A DNA stretch of 64,000 bases from IMG/VR virus record IMGVR_UViG_3300032223_000402, positions 2,218 through 66,217 of that record. The stretch is one strand, 5' to 3'. How positions within the stretch are numbered: position 1 is the stretch's first letter; the number at the start of each line of letters is the position of its first letter. A program made the translations under genes and the position numbers. This stretch comes from a virus (lineage: Duplodnaviria; Caudoviricetes). Below are positions 64,000 to 64,000 of this stretch, one piece after another. The notes under the pieces were generated by a model. That model was not told the origin of the DNA. It did not search any database and worked only from the letters and a program-made list of their open reading frames with translations.

Positions 64000-64000
64000 A

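Noticed and set aside
1-64000. Stop-codon reassignment
   Set aside because: Genes are full length and densely packed in the standard code. TAA, TGA and TAG all terminate plausible genes.

Overview
This is a 64-kb segment of a large AT-rich T4-superfamily (probably jumbo) myophage genome in the standard genetic code. From left to right it holds: a gp26/gp51-like baseplate-assembly pair apparently joined by a -1 slippery site; two putative head-internal proteins; a ~500-bp highly structured non-coding region directly downstream of a stand-alone GIY-YIG nuclease; an Hc1-like basic protein, two 2OG-Fe(II) oxygenases, gp46/gp47 and a gp55-like late sigma factor; a ~35-kb baseplate and tail-fibre module (gp48/54-, gp53-, hub-, gp5-, gp25- and gp6-like genes, a 4523-aa giant and six fibre-like paralogs); a ~17.5-kb glycan/tailoring cluster (glycosyltransferase-like proteins, three radical SAM enzymes including a B12-dependent one, SGNH proteins, amidinotransferase, mini DegT aminotransferase, UDP-sugar dehydrogenase) preceded by late-promoter-like motifs; and small hypotheticals plus a truncated RNase H/5'-3' exonuclease. 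The best candidates for undescribed biology are (1) the GIY-YIG plus large pseudoknotted RNA/hairpin locus and (2) the late guanidino/methyl-sugar modification cluster. All family calls come from motif recognition by eye; no database searches were run.
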